DNA of 40,000 nt from Kehishuvirus sp. 'tikkala': sequence record OQ198717.1. One strand, 5' to 3'. Of this stretch, positions 1 through 9,868 are shown piece by piece. The notes below the pieces were generated by a model. It saw only the letters and a list, made by a program, of their open reading frames with translations, did not search any database and was not told the DNA's origin. Position 1 is the first letter of the stretch. Each line of letters starts with the position of its first letter. The position numbers were made by a program, and so were the translations under genes.

Positions 1-422
1 GTCATAATGGCATAATTAGCCATGTCAAGCAATGTGTCTCTAATAGATTCATCTTGTACCATAGCCTTCTTTTGAGCCAGAGACTCAATTCTATTCATCT
101 TATCCCCAATCCTTACTACTGATGCCACCAGACCAAACTTACCCAAAGACTTGTCAAAGGAATTGCCATAGTCATGATTCTTCCTAACATAGGTTTCAAT
201 CATTCCCTTGGCTATATCCTTGAATTGATTAGCTGGACTATTTAATGAAATCTTATCAGTTCCTTCAACTTTCTTATCATTTTCCTCAAGTACTTCAAGA
301 TTGATTCTTATCCTATCTAATTCTCTACAGATATTTTCTGAGGTAATCTTCTTATACTGTACATTATTAGCTAAGGAAGCTAAATCTCCTATTGCCTGTT
401 GTATTACTTCTCTTTTTCCCAT
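1..422 (-). CDS. DUF1599-like / nucleotide-related phage protein, truncated by the left window edge
   Basis: My own translation from the ATG at 422: MGKREVIQQAIGDLAS...NHDYGNSFDKSLGKFGLVASVVRIGDKMNRIESLAQKKAMVQDESIRDTLLDMANYAIM. The HDYGNSF...R.GDK..R...L and IRDTLLDMANYAIM pattern fits the DUF1599 family. Not in the ORF track because it is open at the edge. Confidence 0.75.
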   Translation of the reverse strand, partial: MGKREVIQQAIGDLASLANNVQYKKITSENICRELDRIRINLEVLEENDKKVEGTDKISLNSPANQFKDIAKGMIETYVRKNHDYGNSFDKSLGKFGLVASVVRIGDKMNRIESLAQKKAMVQDESIRDTLLDMANYAIM

Positions 423-721
423 TCTTTTAATGTTATAAACTGTTTAAGGAAATCCTTTCTTTCCCTAATAAAAATCTCTCCAGTCTTAAGACTGATATAG
501 GCTATAGATTCAAACCATTGTCTGCTTGTAATATCTTTCATTTGACACACATACAAAGGTTTATATTGCCCTCCAGTCTTCTTATGGACCCAAATCCTTT
601 CCTTATCTACTTTATTCTGGTGTTTGATAAGGAATCCTACTCCTATAAAACCAAGGAGTAGGATTAATCCAAGTATAATTTGTCCTGTCATACTAATGAA
701 TCCAAAAATCTGCTGCATCAC
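404..721 (-). CDS. small membrane protein, unknown function
   Basis: 105-aa ORF with an N-terminal hydrophobic helix (IILGLILLLGFIGVGFLI), overlapping its neighbours by a few bases. Confidence 0.65.
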   Translation of the reverse strand: MMQQIFGFISMTGQIILGLILLLGFIGVGFLIKHQNKVDKERIWVHKKTGGQYKPLYVCQMKDITSRQWFESIAYISLKTGEIFIRERKDFLKQFITLKEWEKEK

Positions 722-3017
722 CCTCAGCAGGAAGTTCTACTTTCCTACAGAAAAATGCTCCAGCCTTCTTCATACAATCTTTCAAAACCTCTGTCATTTC
801 ATCAGCTATCTCTTCTGGAACCTCTATATTCCATTCATCATGTGCTGGAATACAGAACTTAACCTTGAAAACAAGATTATGTTCAAGAATATACTGCCAT
901 AGAAATACAGAAGCTACCTTAAACATCAGTGCTCCAGTACCTTGACAAGGGTAATTAATTGCCTGTTTCTCAGATGCAGATTTCCTTTTGAAGAAATGTT
1001 TCACTGGTAATACATAGACATCTGCTATACTTACATAGACTTCTCTGGGAACTTCCTTCCCTGCTTTCTTAGTAGTATAGGTATAGACACCTACCATTCC
1101 CTTGAGACTTTCTCCATCAGCAAACTTCTTATAAATCTGTTGTTTAACAGCTTTAGGAAGTGTCTTATTCTCTTTACCTTTGTAGGGTTTATATTCAGCC
1201 CAGAACTGTTGAGTAAACCTCCTCTTCATAGCCATGAGCATATCATAGTCATATATAAGAGCCTTATGTTGAGTTAATGGATTGAGTATGATAAAACCAT
1301 TATCCATGACAAACTTTCTTTGTCTATCTTGATAGGTCTTAATACCAATGAAACCCTTCATATAGTTATTATATATTCTCTTTGACTCCTGCTCACTTTT
1401 ACCAGAGTGAGATTTAATTGTGTTCCAGTCTCCACCATAATTGATAGGAAACTCTACTTGAGATTTAACATCATTCCTAAGTCCATGAAACTTCTTCCTT
1501 ATCTGTTCAATAGGACAATCACCTATAATATCAGGGAAAGCCATCTTTGCAACCAGTGAATGCACATCACCACAACCATTATTGAACAAATCAATCATGG
1601 CAGGGTCATTAGTTACATCTGCGATAATCCTTGATTCCTGCCCACTATAGTCACAAGAAATCCACTTCATTCCCTTACTTGCTACAAAACAAGCCCTTGT
1701 CTCTGGGTCTGCTGGAAAGTTCTGAAAATTAAGATATTCAATCTTATTTGCTTTGTCCTTACCACCTGAACTGAGCCTTCCTGTATCTGTTCCAAGCTGA
1801 TTAAAGTTAGTATGTACTCTACCACTCTTTTCATTTATCTGGTCAATTACATTCTGACCATAGGTAGAAGTGACCTTCTTAGCTGCCTTATATTGTAAAT
1901 AAAGATAGGCAATAGTAGACTTATCTTGTTGAGGCTCAATTACTTCTGCACCAACACTATCTTTCCATTCACCTGTCTCCTTATCTTTAGCTAACAAATC
2001 AAAACCAAGATGCTTGAATAATGGGATAACCTGTTTAGGACTATCCCAATTAATCAAACAGATAGGCTTATTATTGAAGCCACTCCATAAGTCACCTTGA
2101 AGGTCTTCCTTTATGTACTTAGTACTCAACCTTGTGTCCACAGGTACTTTCCATGCTTCAAAGTACCCTCTTACAGGTCCTTTAATATCTGCCTCTGGAC
2201 ATCTTTCACCTTGCATCTTTTCTCTGGCTCTCTCTAAATCCTTTGGGTCTGCCCAACCCTCTACTTGTAAATAGTGATAGGAATAAGGCTCACCTTTTGC
2301 AGCAGCAATTACCCAATCACTAAGAGCATCCTCAAATACTTTAGCATTAAAGTTGTCAAGAATCATCTTGTATTTCCATTTCTCAATGTCCAACTTAACA
2401 CCACAATATTCAGTATAGGCTACCCAATTTACAGATTTATTTTCATAGATAATGGCAGTTTGAAGGTTCCTCTTTTCAAGTTCCTTCATCTGTGCATCCA
2501 TGATTCTTTCCAGATATTTCACATCATTTGCACCATACTCAATAACATCTTCTGAAAGACCAGCCCACATCACTTTTCCACGAACAGTCTTATCCAATTC
2601 AACACCAAGATACCTTTCTCCTGCTGCCTTAAGACCCATTCCATGAATACCAGAGGGATAACCCAACCACATAAGTTTCTCTGCCAAGAAGCCATCAAAG
2701 CATTCTTTTACAACTATCTTTTGGTGTAATAGGAACTTCAAGTCAAACTTAATATTCCAACCAATGAATAGTCTGTCAGATTCTAAGAACTCTTTAAAGA
2801 ATCCTATACTTACAGTAGTCACATCAATTACTACTTGAAACTCATAACACCCCAACTGGAGCATTATGAGTTCTTTTGTATAAGGGTCAAACCCTTTGGT
2901 TTCAGTATCTAAGCCAACCTTCCTTAAAGGCTTGAGCATGTGTAATGCAGCTTGTGGAGATATTATCTCATACTTGTCAGATTCAGGTAGTATTTGTTGA
3001 GTTACTACATAAATCAT
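693..3017 (-). CDS. polA: family A DNA polymerase with N-terminal 3'-5' exonuclease-like domain
   Basis: 774-aa ORF; LDTETKGFDP exonuclease motif; SCDYSGQESRIIADV, KSQVEFPINYGGD and CIPAHDEWNIEVP polymerase motifs A/B/C-like. Confidence 0.9.
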   Translation of the reverse strand: MIYVVTQQILPESDKYEIISPQAALHMLKPLRKVGLDTETKGFDPYTKELIMLQLGCYEFQVVIDVTTVSIGFFKEFLESDRLFIGWNIKFDLKFLLHQKIVVKECFDGFLAEKLMWLGYPSGIHGMGLKAAGERYLGVELDKTVRGKVMWAGLSEDVIEYGANDVKYLERIMDAQMKELEKRNLQTAIIYENKSVNWVAYTEYCGVKLDIEKWKYKMILDNFNAKVFEDALSDWVIAAAKGEPYSYHYLQVEGWADPKDLERAREKMQGERCPEADIKGPVRGYFEAWKVPVDTRLSTKYIKEDLQGDLWSGFNNKPICLINWDSPKQVIPLFKHLGFDLLAKDKETGEWKDSVGAEVIEPQQDKSTIAYLYLQYKAAKKVTSTYGQNVIDQINEKSGRVHTNFNQLGTDTGRLSSGGKDKANKIEYLNFQNFPADPETRACFVASKGMKWISCDYSGQESRIIADVTNDPAMIDLFNNGCGDVHSLVAKMAFPDIIGDCPIEQIRKKFHGLRNDVKSQVEFPINYGGDWNTIKSHSGKSEQESKRIYNNYMKGFIGIKTYQDRQRKFVMDNGFIILNPLTQHKALIYDYDMLMAMKRRFTQQFWAEYKPYKGKENKTLPKAVKQQIYKKFADGESLKGMVGVYTYTTKKAGKEVPREVYVSIADVYVLPVKHFFKRKSASEKQAINYPCQGTGALMFKVASVFLWQYILEHNLVFKVKFCIPAHDEWNIEVPEEIADEMTEVLKDCMKKAGAFFCRKVELPAEGDAADFWIH

Positions 3018-3331
3018 ATATTCACAATTGCATCAATCAACTCTTGCTCTTCTTCTGGTGTGACTTCAAAGGTAATAGCATAACCTTGTCCCATTACATG
3101 GTCTATAGATTTAACTACTGCCTCAGCTTCTTCAAGATATTCTCCCTCAACTATCATTGGACCACCTGATGGGTCTATGAACTTTTTCTTCTTATCTGTC
3201 AAACCACTCCTCATAGTATATGTGGAAGTCTTTAACATATAAGTGTGTGATTCACTGCCATCTGGCTTAACTAATCTCCTAAGATAGTTGTGTTCCTCTC
3301 CTCTTGATTTTAACTCTATTAAGTCTTTCAT
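3014..3331 (-). CDS. hypothetical protein
   Basis: 105-aa ORF overlapping both neighbours by 4 nt. Confidence 0.65.
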   Translation of the reverse strand: MKDLIELKSRGEEHNYLRRLVKPDGSESHTYMLKTSTYTMRSGLTDKKKKFIDPSGGPMIVEGEYLEEAEAVVKSIDHVMGQGYAITFEVTPEEEQELIDAIVNI

Positions 3332-3843
3332 ACCATTGAATATGCTACTAATTCATCAAAATTCAGTACATACCTATACTTCTGAAAGAAAGTACTACCC
3401 AAGATTCCATGCAGGTTAATACCATACTCCTGTTTAATCATTCCAAATGCCTGACTTAAGTCTACTACTTGGAAATCATCCTCATAGCTTTGACTTCTAT
3501 AGTCCACATTCATTCTGATATAACCTCTGTCCTCTTTAACAGTACCCTCAATTCCCATTCCAAAGCCTGTCTCTCCAGTCTCTACATAAGATAACCCTTC
3601 CAGAGCAGCCTCATTGATTGAAGAATAAGATGCACCAGTATCAAGAAGGAAGTTCAGTTTCCTGCCATTATTCCTAAATGTGACAATTGGCAGTTCAACC
3701 AAATCCATAGACTCCTTAAAGGAAATCCTTCCTACTTTAGGGTCTATCTTCCTTCTATTCATTATTAGATTAACAACTCCTGCAATAATGGCTACACAAG
3801 CCAGTACCACTATCATTGCTACAATTTTCCATACAAACTCCAT
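3328..3843 (-). CDS. membrane-anchored retropepsin-like aspartic protease
   Basis: N-terminal TM helix (IVAMIVVLACVAIIAGVVNLI), active-site motif LNFLLDTGASYSSI, distal HGILGSTFFQKY. Confidence 0.8.
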   Translation of the reverse strand: MEFVWKIVAMIVVLACVAIIAGVVNLIMNRRKIDPKVGRISFKESMDLVELPIVTFRNNGRKLNFLLDTGASYSSINEAALEGLSYVETGETGFGMGIEGTVKEDRGYIRMNVDYRSQSYEDDFQVVDLSQAFGMIKQEYGINLHGILGSTFFQKYRYVLNFDELVAYSMV

Positions 3844-3866
3844 GTTTCATGTTTTTTTTTTAGTGA

Positions 3867-4334
3867 TTACTTTCCTGTACTACCAATACCACCTCTACTA
3901 TTTGCTCCAAGAGTCTCTACAGGCTCCAGAAGTAGAGTTGATGATAATAGCCATTTTAATTTCTGCCATGCAGTAGCAAATTGAGAAGGCACAACTTCAA
4001 ATTGACATACCCTTGTTCCTTTAGGAATGGTAATAGCTTTAAATGCAAGTAATTCTACTCTCCATTCATCTTCATCACCACTATAGGTATTATCCATAAT
4101 AGCTGCACTGTTTGCTATTTGCACGCTCCATTTAGGTGGAGTACTACTTCTACTCCAAACAGTAGCTCTCATTCCTTTAGGGAGTTTCATTGCTACTCCC
4201 AACTTAAATATACCTAACTCTCCTTTCTTCAAGACTACATCTTCTGCCAAGAATAAATCATAGCAATCTGACATACCCTCTCCACTCCTTACAGGAAAAC
4301 AACCTTTTGTTATTTCTTTTACTTTAATTTTCAT
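3867..4334 (-). CDS. dut: dUTPase
   Basis: Trimeric dUTPase motifs: SDCYDLF, WSRSSTPPKW, AAIMDNTYSGDEDEWRV, RVCQFEVV, RGGIGSTG. Start placed at MKIKVKE just after the upstream stop; the tracked ORF extends to 4382. Confidence 0.88.
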   Translation of the reverse strand: MKIKVKEITKGCFPVRSGEGMSDCYDLFLAEDVVLKKGELGIFKLGVAMKLPKGMRATVWSRSSTPPKWSVQIANSAAIMDNTYSGDEDEWRVELLAFKAITIPKGTRVCQFEVVPSQFATAWQKLKWLLSSTLLLEPVETLGANSRGGIGSTGK

Positions 4335-4335
4335 A

Positions 4336-6912
4336 TTATAAACATTTACTATACCCACAATCTTTACAGTGAATACAACCACCCTCTCTTACCAAAGTAC
4401 CACCACAGTCAGGACATACCTCACCCTTGATTTCTTCATTAGGGATATACTTACTGAGTACTCTACACATAGCTGAACTGAATGAAGTAATATTGTCATT
4501 AACCTTCTTTGCAGTCTTGACAATATACTTAATATCTACTCCATGTCTTAACAACATAGATGAATATAAAGTAGCTGCATTCTCTTCAACATTTTCATTA
4601 GCTAACTCAAGATTGTCTATATGAAAGACATCTGATGTAAAGCTATAGTGCATCTTACTTACTTTAGTTATAACACCCTTGTGAGGTTTAAAGCTAATAG
4701 GATTCCTTGGTCTGAATGCAAAGACTTCATAAGGTTTAGACTCTAACATACCCACCAAGATAATGAACTGTTCACCTTTTGCTTTAATTAAATAAGCATC
4801 AGCTTCAAGTTCTTTAGGTCTCTTAGGAGCTTGTCTTCCCTCAATAGTCTTAGGTTTCTCAACTTGAGTCAATACACCTTCCCTACATCCATCTCTGTAT
4901 ATAGTGATACCCTTCAATCCCTGTTTCCATGCTTCAATATAGATGTCAGCAATCTCTTCTTCTGTAGTTTCCTTAGCCAGATTAACTGTACTACTGATAC
5001 TATGGGTAATATATTTCTGAACTACTCCTTGCAGCTTGACTCTCTGTCTCCAATCAATCTCTGGTGCAGTAGAACCATAGTAAGGACTTTCCTTCCAAAC
5101 TTCCTCCCATATTCCCAAGCTCCATTCATTAACTTCTGACTCACTATAGTTCATAGTATAGTTCATAGTTTCTATTGCCCATCTCTTCAAGTTAGGATGA
5201 ACTACTGTAAACAGAGTGTATTTCTCACCTACTTTATCTACATAATCTACCCTATCACTTTCAGACATACACTTCCTCTTTCTTTGGTAGAAAGGCAGAA
5301 ATATAGGCTCAATACCACTACTTGTACCAGCCATGATACTTACAGTTCCAGTAGGAGCTACAGTAGACCAACTTATGTTCCTTCTACCACAATTCATCAT
5401 CCTCTTATACTTCTCAGGGTCATTTAAGAACACCCAATCATACCAAGCATTGTTTCTACCCCTATTCTCCTCTTCCAAATTTCCATTCCAAGCAGGAAAT
5501 GCACCTCTCTCAATAGCCATATCAATATTACTGTCAAGCTGACCTTTGAACATAACTTTCATTAGTTGTTCAACCTGACTAATACCTTCATCAGAGTCAT
5601 ACTTCAAGCCTAACATAGCTATTGCATCAGCAAGTCCAGTGAAACCTAAACCAGCTCTTCTTCCTTGAATTGCAGTTTCTTTGATTCTACTCCATAGCTT
5701 GAACTCAGTATCATCAGTATCATTCTTCACTGTATCAATAATCTTATCAACAGCTTCAATCTCCAAATCAACCAAGTCATCAGCTAATCTCATAGCCTCA
5801 TAAGAGTGCATATAGAGTAACTCTTCATCAATGTGAGCTTTGTCTGTAAATGGGTCTACAATATAGCTACTCAAGTTAATATGAATCAACCTACAACTAT
5901 CAAATGGACCCATTGGTATTTCACCACAAGGATTAGTTCCAACCATCTTGAAGTCAGGATATACACCATCAGGAGAATAGTTGTGCATTGCTCCTTCAAA
6001 CATAATCCCTGGTTCAGCAGTATTCCAAGCACAGTGCATAAGAGTATTCCATAGTTCTCTTGCCTTAATTAGTTTAAGATACCCATCTCCTACTTTATAT
6101 AATTTATTATATTCAACATGAGTTACATGAGCATGATTTGCAGGAGAAGGATTATCCCCTGCATAATATAATATCTTAATCCCATCTACATCTTGATAAC
6201 CAACTATAGAATTAGTAGGATATCTAAGGACATAATCCTTATCTTTTATTACAGCTTGCATAAAATCATCAGTAACCTTCACTGAAATATTAGCTCCAGT
6301 AACCTTAGTTAAGTCCTGCTTCTTAGTAATAAACTCTTCAATATCAGGATGATTGATACTCATACTTAACATAAGAGCACCTCTTCTTCCATTCTGAGCT
6401 ACTTCATTGGTTATATCTGAACATACATCCATGAAAGATGCTGCACCAGTTGAAGACTTTGCTGCATTATTAACCTTAGCTCCTCTTGGTCTAAGCTGAG
6501 ATAAATCATAACCAACTCCACCTCTTCTTTTCATAAGTTGAGCCTGTTGGCTTCTTGTCTTCATTATCTCTGCATAACTATCCTTTGGACTGCCTATTAC
6601 AAAGCAATTACTAAGACTTACTAATGCTCCAGTTCCACAACCAGACATAACTGAACCTCCGGGTATAATATACTTGAAGTCTTTGAATAACTGATAGATA
6701 GCTTCTTCATCAAGATTAGGTCTTTGGTATCCATAATTGGACAATTTCATTCTATTTGACCCTTTCCAATGATAATCACTCTCTACTCTTGCAAATTCCT
6801 TAGCTAATCTCCTGTGTGTATCATCAGGAGTTTGCTCTCCATCTGCTGCATACTTATTCCTCCAAGTTGAAGCTGCCAGTTCATCTCCTTTAAAATATTC
6901 TAACTCTGTCAT
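4336..6912 (-). CDS. nrdJ: adenosylcobalamin-dependent (class II) ribonucleoside-diphosphate reductase
   Basis: SNCFVI, GGVGYDLSQLRPRGAKVNNAAKSSTGAASFM, NPCGEIPM, C-terminal CPDCGG...CKDCGY zinc-ribbon-like region. Start at MTELEYF gives an ATGA overlap with the upstream gene. Confidence 0.9.
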   Translation of the reverse strand: MTELEYFKGDELAASTWRNKYAADGEQTPDDTHRRLAKEFARVESDYHWKGSNRMKLSNYGYQRPNLDEEAIYQLFKDFKYIIPGGSVMSGCGTGALVSLSNCFVIGSPKDSYAEIMKTRSQQAQLMKRRGGVGYDLSQLRPRGAKVNNAAKSSTGAASFMDVCSDITNEVAQNGRRGALMLSMSINHPDIEEFITKKQDLTKVTGANISVKVTDDFMQAVIKDKDYVLRYPTNSIVGYQDVDGIKILYYAGDNPSPANHAHVTHVEYNKLYKVGDGYLKLIKARELWNTLMHCAWNTAEPGIMFEGAMHNYSPDGVYPDFKMVGTNPCGEIPMGPFDSCRLIHINLSSYIVDPFTDKAHIDEELLYMHSYEAMRLADDLVDLEIEAVDKIIDTVKNDTDDTEFKLWSRIKETAIQGRRAGLGFTGLADAIAMLGLKYDSDEGISQVEQLMKVMFKGQLDSNIDMAIERGAFPAWNGNLEEENRGRNNAWYDWVFLNDPEKYKRMMNCGRRNISWSTVAPTGTVSIMAGTSSGIEPIFLPFYQRKRKCMSESDRVDYVDKVGEKYTLFTVVHPNLKRWAIETMNYTMNYSESEVNEWSLGIWEEVWKESPYYGSTAPEIDWRQRVKLQGVVQKYITHSISSTVNLAKETTEEEIADIYIEAWKQGLKGITIYRDGCREGVLTQVEKPKTIEGRQAPKRPKELEADAYLIKAKGEQFIILVGMLESKPYEVFAFRPRNPISFKPHKGVITKVSKMHYSFTSDVFHIDNLELANENVEENAATLYSSMLLRHGVDIKYIVKTAKKVNDNITSFSSAMCRVLSKYIPNEEIKGEVCPDCGGTLVREGGCIHCKDCGYSKCL

Positions 6913-7952
6913 GCTGGTACTAAATTCTTTATTTCCATAATACAATCATTTGCCATCACTTCCTTACTATATTTTAAGTTAGGATTAGTAAGATAATAAT
7001 TTAGGTCTGTAAGAATCTTCCTCCAATCCCTATATATCTTACCTGTTTCATCCTTTAAATCTACCCTACCAAAGTTCCCATAGAATTCCCACACAATAGG
7101 AGCAATTGTTCTTCTATTGATAACAATGAATTGATAATGCTGAATCTTGAACTCACTGAAATAAGGGTCTCTCTTGATACACTCTTGAAGAATATATGTA
7201 TATAGCTTAGCTTGGATATCATATCTCCAGTGAGCAAAGGAATCTTGAAAGTTCTCCTCAGGATACCCAGTAGTCTTTAAGTCTATTGGATAGATAATCT
7301 TATTATGATGGTCCACAATAAGTTCATCAAACATACATCTCACTGGTATTCCATTCCATTCAGCCTTGAACTTCAATTGAAACACCTTCTCAATATCATC
7401 TCTCCAAGGGTCTATATAAAAGAAGTCCTTGGTTATTGAGTTGGTTCTTAATTCATCAACACACAGAGAGACATCATTATAATCCTTTTGGGATAATATA
7501 GTCTTATCTCCTGCCAGTGCAAGTAGTGAATAATACTCATTGCAGCTCTCTTTTACCTTCTTTATTCTGGTAGCTTTATAAGAGTCCCCTGTATAATATC
7601 CATTGGCTACAGCCACACTACTAATCACTTCATCATCAATAGTATCTACCCTTCTATGTGTATCTCCATACTTGGAGAATAATACTTTGGTGATACTTAT
7701 CAGGTTATCTGATAGATTAGGAAACTCACATACAATGAATCTTTCAGCAAAGGCTTGTTCCCCATCAGTAAGCATACAATCCACTGCACTACCAAATAGT
7801 AATGCTGGACTATCTACCTTATCAAAGAGAGAACTAAGATTCCTCCATCCTTCCCTTTCAAATCTTGATAATGTAGAGTAACTGATTGCAGGGTCTTTCC
7901 TGTACTCTTCTTCTGTTACATTCCAAGATAGTTCTTTAATACTCTTCATCAT
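6909..7952 (-). CDS. PD-(D/E)XK superfamily exonuclease-like protein
   Basis: SYSTLSRFEREGWRN, LLFGSAVDCMLTD, FDELIVDHHNKIIYPIDLKTTG, YDIQAKLYTYIL (RecB/RecE-like nuclease core). Confidence 0.8.
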   Translation of the reverse strand: MMKSIKELSWNVTEEEYRKDPAISYSTLSRFEREGWRNLSSLFDKVDSPALLFGSAVDCMLTDGEQAFAERFIVCEFPNLSDNLISITKVLFSKYGDTHRRVDTIDDEVISSVAVANGYYTGDSYKATRIKKVKESCNEYYSLLALAGDKTILSQKDYNDVSLCVDELRTNSITKDFFYIDPWRDDIEKVFQLKFKAEWNGIPVRCMFDELIVDHHNKIIYPIDLKTTGYPEENFQDSFAHWRYDIQAKLYTYILQECIKRDPYFSEFKIQHYQFIVINRRTIAPIVWEFYGNFGRVDLKDETGKIYRDWRKILTDLNYYLTNPNLKYSKEVMANDCIMEIKNLVPA

Positions 7953-8238
7953 AGTATTCCTCCTCTATGTCTTCTTCCCATTCATTACTGGGAACTTCAA
8001 GCTGGGTTAAATATACATCCACCTCAGCCTTTAAATTACTTAACTCTGTCAAGTCCACATCAAGATACTCCTGTTTAGGATTTTCACTCTTGATATTCTT
8101 CCTTGTCTTGAATATTGCTGAATCCACTAAGTCCTTGAGTGACTCAAAATCTCTGCTCTGAATAAACTGTTCACCTAAAGTTATATCACTCTTGGGTAAA
8201 CTGTTGAGCAATTTCCTCATTCTTTCTATGGCTTTCAT
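7936..8238 (-). CDS. hypothetical protein
   Basis: 100-aa ORF, co-directional and overlapping. Confidence 0.6.
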   Translation of the reverse strand: MKAIERMRKLLNSLPKSDITLGEQFIQSRDFESLKDLVDSAIFKTRKNIKSENPKQEYLDVDLTELSNLKAEVDVYLTQLEVPSNEWEEDIEEEYYDEEY

Positions 8239-8665
8239 CTTTAATAATTTGAATAAATTCTAAGAGTTGTTTCTTAGTAAAGACCTCAAAGATAAGATAA
8301 TTTTCTTTATCTGGCAAATTCTCTATATGCCATCTAAATAACTTGAACTTATAAGGAAAAACATCATTTGTTTGCCCCTTTACTTCAATAATTATCTTTA
8401 AGCCTTGATACTCCATGTAGAAATCTGGGGTATAAGTAATATTAATTAGCTTCTTAAGGTTTAGTATTGTAGCCTTAGCTTTATTACGGGTGTAAAAAGG
8501 TACAGTAGGTCTAAATCCTTCCCAGATTGTATAAGTATGGGTCTCATATTCAGGCTCAAACCCATATTGAAGCAAGGTCTTATAGACCATTGCCTCAATC
8601 TTGGATTTAAACTTTATGTTACCATACTCTTCTGGAGTGGCATTTCTAATCCTTCTGTTTTCCAC
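8186..8665 (-). CDS. small PD-(D/E)XK endonuclease-like protein
   Basis: FKSKIEAMVYKTLLQYGFEPEYE...ITYTPDFYMEYQGLKIIIEVKGQ: a PDF...EVKG nuclease core. Confidence 0.7.
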   Translation of the reverse strand: MENRRIRNATPEEYGNIKFKSKIEAMVYKTLLQYGFEPEYETHTYTIWEGFRPTVPFYTRNKAKATILNLKKLINITYTPDFYMEYQGLKIIIEVKGQTNDVFPYKFKLFRWHIENLPDKENYLIFEVFTKKQLLEFIQIIKDESHRKNEEIAQQFTQE

Positions 8666-9185
8666 CTCTTTTAAATAATTGTTTCATAGGGTCTTTCAAG
8701 ATATGTTTAGCTGCAAGAGCATCATCCAATGTCCTGAATGCAGCAAAATTCTTGAAGTTCTTGATTTTATTCAAGTCCTTGACCTTTGTTATTTCTCCAC
8801 TGAGGCAGCTAATGACATAAATCTCTTTGCTATTCTCAATGTGGTTATCATACTTCTCATCAAGCACAATAGCTACTTCTCTCAACAGAATTGAGAATAC
8901 AGCAGCAGGATAGATTGTATATAGATTTCCAAGGTATTTCCTCAGATTATCTACATTCCAATGAATCCTTCCAGCAAGATGTTCCAGATAGAAGTTAGGG
9001 TCTACATGAGTTCCCTCCTCTTCTACTTTCTTGACTACACCTTCCTTAATAAGGAATGGAATACTTTCCTCACAGACAATTACAGTGTAAAATGGCATAA
9101 AACCATAAGCACTATTCATTCCAAAGGCAAGTGTCTTGCCCATTTCCACTTCCTTACCAGTTTCCACAAAAATAAGTTTCTTCAT
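8646..9185 (-). CDS. hypothetical protein
   Basis: ORF with likely start MKKLIFVETGKE, preceded directly by a poly-A leader (RC of ...catactttttttttttg). Confidence 0.6.
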   Translation of the reverse strand: MKKLIFVETGKEVEMGKTLAFGMNSAYGFMPFYTVIVCEESIPFLIKEGVVKKVEEEGTHVDPNFYLEHLAGRIHWNVDNLRKYLGNLYTIYPAAVFSILLREVAIVLDEKYDNHIENSKEIYVISCLSGEITKVKDLNKIKNFKNFAAFRTLDDALAAKHILKDPMKQLFKRGGKQKD

Positions 9186-9202
9186 ACTTTTTTTTTTGTA
9201 CA

Positions 9203-9868
9203 TTAATATTCTGAGAACCACACAATTGGTTCTCCATACTTTTCTTTAGTTAATTTGCTCACTTCTTGAAATACAGTAGATGGCATCCTTTCTTCTTGCC
9301 TTGCATAGTATGCAGGATGCTTCTCTTCCAGTATTATATTGGTACTCTTATTAATATAAGGTTTAAGTGTCTTAGCCTGTTCACCAAAGAGAACATATAT
9401 AATACCAGTCTGCCACTCTGATAGATTCTTTAGTAACTTGGTCATGAAAGGTCTCCACATCATTGTATGACTACCTACTTTATTCATTTCACAGGTCAAT
9501 GCAGAATTAATCATTAGTACTCCCTGTTTAGCCCAACTCTCTAAAGTGGGGTCAAAGATAATACTATTATATGGAATTTCAAAGTTTATGCAAGCCTCTT
9601 TAACTATTTCAAGAGAAGGAGATAATTTAGTCCCCTCCTTGTTTCCAAACAAGACACCAGTAGCCACATCCTTTTGGGGATATGGGTCTTGTCCTATCAT
9701 TACAACTTTAAGGTTGTTGTAAGGGCATAGATTAAAAGCCTTAAATATATCAGGATATGCAGGACAAAGTAAGTCTCTTTTAATTAAACTTACCTGTCCT
9801 ACCACCTTATTTAATTCCTTTATATCTATAACCCTTACCCATCCACCAAAATATTCCTCAAATGTCAT
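9203..9868 (-). CDS. ung: uracil-DNA glycosylase, family 1
   Basis: VVMIGQDPYP active-site motif, GVLMINSALTCE, IYVLFG, EEKHPAYY. Confidence 0.88.
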   Translation of the reverse strand: MTFEEYFGGWVRVIDIKELNKVVGQVSLIKRDLLCPAYPDIFKAFNLCPYNNLKVVMIGQDPYPQKDVATGVLFGNKEGTKLSPSLEIVKEACINFEIPYNSIIFDPTLESWAKQGVLMINSALTCEMNKVGSHTMMWRPFMTKLLKNLSEWQTGIIYVLFGEQAKTLKPYINKSTNIILEEKHPAYYARQEERMPSTVFQEVSKLTKEKYGEPIVWFSEY

